From the NCBI RefSeq assembly GCF_009914755.1, contig NC_060926.1: a stretch of 64,000 nt of DNA; one strand, written 5' to 3'. Both the position numbers and the translations under genes were made by a program. Each line of letters starts with the position of its first letter. The stretch's first letter is position 1. The notes under the pieces were generated by a model. That model had not been told where the DNA came from, searched no databases, and saw only the letters and a list, made by a program, of their open reading frames with translations. This DNA comes from the human T2T-CHM13v2.0 reference genome, Homo sapiens. This document shows, in pieces, positions 59,437-64,000 of the stretch.

Positions 59437-61810
59437 TTAATGAGGATGAGTATCTTTTCATGTGTGTATTTGTCTTCTGTATATCTTATTTGGTAAAGTG
59501 TCTTCAGCTCTTATGTCCATTATTTAAATTGGGTTATTATTAAATTCTGAGACTTAATATTCTGGCTATAGGTTTTAAGTTCTTGTATACAGGTATGTGA
59601 TCCATTGTGAGTCAACTTCTGCATACAAAGTCTTTTTTTGCATGCTGATATCCAATTGTTCCAACACTGTCTATTGAAATTTAATCTACTTTCTTCATTG
59701 AACTGACTTTACATCTTTGTCAAAAAGCAATTGACCCTCTATGTGTGCATCTATTTCAGGACTCTATCCTATTCCATTGACCTATTTGTCAAACTTCATG
59801 CCAACATACACTGTCTAGATTACTGTAACTTTTTAAGTCTTACAATAAAGTAGTATTAAGTCTTCCAGCTGTTTTTATTTTCCAAAGTTGTTTTGACTCT
59901 AGGTCCTTTTCATCCTCATATGAATTTTAGAATAAGCTTGTCAATTTCTATCAAATGCCTGCTGGAATTCTGATAGGATGGTGTTGAACCTGTGGTTCAA
60001 TCTGGAGAGAAATTACATTTTCATAATGTTGAGTCTTCCAATCCATAAGCCATGACATATATCTCCATTTATTTGGGTCTTCTTTATCTCACTAATATTT
60101 TATAGTTTTCAATGTATAAGTCTTACATGCCTTTTGTCAGATTTATCTATATTTCATGTTATTTTTTGATGTTATTTCAATTTCCTGTTTGTTGCTAGTA
60201 TATAGAAAAACAAGTGTTTTACATGCTGATCCTGTCTCCTGCAACCCTAACTTCACTTACATGTTCTAATAACTTCTTTAAATATTCCATAGGATTTTCT
60301 ATGTAGACATCATACGTCTACAAACAACAACAGGTTTACTTCTTTCTTTCTGGAAGTAGGGATGCCTTTATTTCTTTTTCTTACCTTACTGCATTGGCTG
60401 AAAGCTCCAGTTTAATGTTGATAGAAGTGGTAAGAGCAGACATCCTGGTCATGTTTCTGATCTTAAGGAGAAAGTACTTACTCTTTCATCACTAGTATGA
60501 TGAGAAATGTAGGCTTTTTGTAGACATCATTTATCACTGAACTGAAAAGCGGGGATAGGGGGAATAATTTTGTTCCAGTAAAAAAATTTGACTTACAAAA
60601 ACAGGCTGTCAGCTTGATGATAGTCTGCTGACCCCTGGTTTAGAGCATCTACTTTTAATGTGATGTATGTGATTATTGATATGGTTGCTATTTATTTTCT
60701 ACTTGGCCTATATGTTTTTTGTTCCCTTTTTCCTCTTTTTCTCACTTCTCTTGGAATTACTGTATACCTTTTTATGATTCCATTTTATCTCCTTGTTGGT
60801 TTATTAGCTCTAACTCTATTGCGGCCCCTGTGTGAACTTTAAGGAATATTCCCTCTCCTTCTCTGGCCTCAGATAGTTTTCTCACACATATGCACTAACC
60901 AGTACTTAGTTAAACACTAGGGTAGGACCTCCTGGAGATAGCCAGAGTGTTCTCTCTGTGCAGCTTTCTTCTTTCTGGTAATCTGCCCTGCAAACCCAAA
61001 CCACTGTGGCCTCTTCAGATTCCAGGTCTGGCTCCCCAGTTCAGAGGACCTCCAGAATATGCCTGGGCTGCTCCTCCTGGGGCTGGTATCTGGAAATTGT
61101 CTCCAGGCAACCACACTACTCCTCTTATTTGTTTCTATCTTTTGGGAATCACTGTCCTGTGTTGCCTGGTGTCCAATGCCTTCCAAACAGTTTTTCTTTA
61201 AATATATTTTGTTCATTTTTTTTTTCATTGTGTCATGTGAGGGGGTAAATAAATCGAGTCCCTTTTACTTCATCTTGGCCAGAAGAAGAAAAGAAGAAGT
61301 CTCCTGGTGTCTTTTAAACACTCTTTGAAAACCAAACTTTAATAGTTGTGCAACAATCCAAAGTAGGATGTGCCTTAATTTTTCAAAAGTATTGTTCTCT
61401 TTTTGGAAGCTTTAAGTTGCTTCTAATTTTAGCTACTATAAATAAAAAACTACAATGAACATCAACATCCTTAGAAGTAGCTATACTTTCAAGTTGACAA
61501 TACAATGTTTGTAGCCTATGCAATACCACAGCTTTCCACCACTGGCTTTCTACCTCGGCTTGAATGAAGAGAAACTAAAAAAAAAGGTAAGATTAAATCT
61601 AAAGGTATGGATCTGGCATATTGTCTCTAAAATAACTCAATGATTGGTCTTTCTGCTTTTTATAAAGTGTATCTTCTATCCCAACACTACCCTAAATTAA
61701 GCAAGAAAAAAGAATAAATGAAGAAAAAAAATCCATAAAAATTTCCCACTAGTATGGAAGACAAGGAATATATTCTTTTAAAAAAATCTGCATTTGAGAG
61801 GGAACACTGC

Positions 61811-62126
61811 TTTTTTGGGGGGATGGGGGTGGGGGACAAGGTCTCACTCTGTCACCCAAGCTAGAGTGCAGTGGCATGATCATGCCTTATAGCAGCGTCA
61901 ACCTCCTGGCCTCAAACAGTCCTCTCTGCCTCAGTGCCCCGAGCAGCTATTAATAGGACCACAAGCATGCGCCACCACGCCTGGCTAATTTTTGTACTTT
62001 TTGTAGAGATGGTGTCTTGCCATGCCCAGGTTTCACACTGGCCTCACATTCCTGGGCTCAAGCGATCTGCCTACCTCGGTCTCCCAAAGTGCTGGGATTA
62101 CAGGTGTGGGCCACTGTGCCGGGCCA
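61811..62126 (-). mobile_element. AluJ
   Basis: Diverged antisense Alu. Confidence 0.88.
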
Positions 62127-62307
62127 AGGCATTGCTTTTTCATGTGCCTATCATTATAATTCTTTTCAATCATTGTTTAGAAGATTGTCTAAGATTATAC
62201 ATAGCATATAATCACAAACTTAGAAGAATATTCAAAGTAGAAGGGATGTCTATGATAATCCTAGGTTCTTAATCTTTTTGACCTGGATTCATATAAGAAC
62301 AGAACAT

Positions 62308-62620
62308 GGTTGGGCATGTTGGCTCACATCTGTAATCTCAACACTTTGGGAGACTGAGGCAGGAGGATTGCTTGAGGCCAGGAGTTTCAGACAAGCCTGA
62401 GCAACATAGGGAGACCCCATCTCTGCAAAAAATTAAAAAGTTAGACAGGCTTGGTGGCTCATGTGGTCCCGGCTATTCAGGAGACTGAAGTGGGAAGATT
62501 ACTTGAGCCAGGGAGGTCGATGTCTCAAGTCAGCTATGATGGCTACAGTAAGCCATGATCGCACCACTGCATTCCAGACTAGGCAACAGAGTGAGACCCC
62601 CTCTTGCGGGAGGGAAAAAA
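62308..62620 (+). mobile_element. AluJ
   Basis: Diverged Alu dimer. Confidence 0.88.
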
Positions 62621-63256
62621 AGAATAGAATAAAAGTTGAAAACTGCACATGAATATAATTTTGTTTGTGGATTCAGAGACTCACTCATCACTTAAAACTC
62701 TAGGTTTAAAATTGTGTGGGAATAGAAACTATATATTTATGAGTTTTCACTCTGTCTCATACTTTAAGATTTTAAGACTGTCCAAATCCATGTAATTTCC
62801 AAGTTACATAAGCACAGCAAAAAAACCCCATATATTGGCTTTGAAGTCAAGACAGCTCTCAATCCATTCAGTTGTGCCATATAACATCTGTGGGTTTGCA
62901 CACAGGTAATTATATAACCTCTCTGAGCCCCCATCTCCTCATCTATAAAATAAAGATATTACCACTTACATTTGTCTTCAGCAAAAAGTACTGGCTACTT
63001 AGGACATATAGATGAGTATCTATAAAATTAATAGAAGCAGTACTTTAATGAATGTAACAGCAATTTCACTGTGTTGATGTTTCTTTTGTAATTGGTAAAC
63101 TTTTACTTTTAGTTCATTATGAAGAAAAAAAAATCCCAGAAGTATATTAGCTGAGATTTTGTTCAACAAAATTATTAAGAGTAACCATATTTTTAAGAAA
63201 AGCTCATTTTTATGGTATGATTTTTCATCCCAAATAATTTCATAAATAAGAAATTT

Positions 63257-63565
63257 GGCTGGGCATGGTGGTTCACACCTGTAATCTCAACACTTTGGAA
63301 GGATGCAGCAAGAGGATCACTTGAAGAGTTTGAGACCAGCATAGTCAACCTAGCAAGATCCCATCTCTACAAAAAATTTTAAAATTAACCAGGCATGGTT
63401 GTAAGTCCTGTAGCTGTAGTCCTAGCTACTCGGGAGGCTGAGGTGGGAGGATCACTGGTGCCCAGGAGGTCAAGGCTGCAGTGAGCCATGATCATGCCAC
63501 TGTACTCAGGTCCAGGCAACAGCATGAGACCTTGTCTCCAAAGAAAACAAAAAACAGAAAAACAT
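63257..63565 (+). mobile_element. AluJ
   Basis: Diverged Alu dimer. Confidence 0.88.
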
Positions 63566-63701
63566 TTTAACTATATTTACTGGTTCAGGTCATATTTATA
63601 TATTATTAGTATTTATGCATATTTCTACAGAATGTTACCATGTCTCCATTTTATAATTTCTACTTAATCTGAGATTCCTTGAGTTAGTATCTAAAAATAG
63701 A

Positions 63702-63999
<298 letters not shown>

Positions 64000-64000
64000 A

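Overview
Primate genomic DNA, most likely human. It is not prokaryotic, and there are no CRISPR arrays, rRNA or tRNA genes. The right half holds the 3' end of ATAD2B (AAA-ATPase/bromodomain protein) on the minus strand. Six coding exons (54708-54586, 51426-51289, 47183-46500, 43856-43729, 43389-43261, 41169-41128) have GT/AG boundaries and splice in frame to the C-terminus ...YDKSQLVEEMERTVHMFETFL*. A ~3.4 kb 3' UTR follows, with AATAAA at 37767-37762. From recalled annotation this locus is human chr2p24-p23, next to KLHL29. The left half is intergenic and dominated by transposable elements: a nest of old L1M fragments (about 6-21.7 kb), a near full-length but dead L1PA3/4-type LINE-1 (25635-31806) with 15-bp target-site duplications (TSDs), about 20 Alus across the window, MaLR/ERV1 solo LTRs and DNA-transposon fossils. 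I see no convincing new multi-gene system. The most interesting signals are small: (1) a 35-bp AP-1-bearing unit of an intronic LTR10 tandem repeat copied into an Alu 1.2 kb away; (2) a candidate 21-nt poison microexon in ATAD2B; (3) a 201-codon ORF starting 10 nt after the ATAD2B stop; (4) a long (GGAA)n microsatellite; (5) two head-to-head Alus inserted on opposite strands of one palindromic target site. Repeat subfamily names come from recalled consensus sequences and should be confirmed with RepeatMasker/Dfam.
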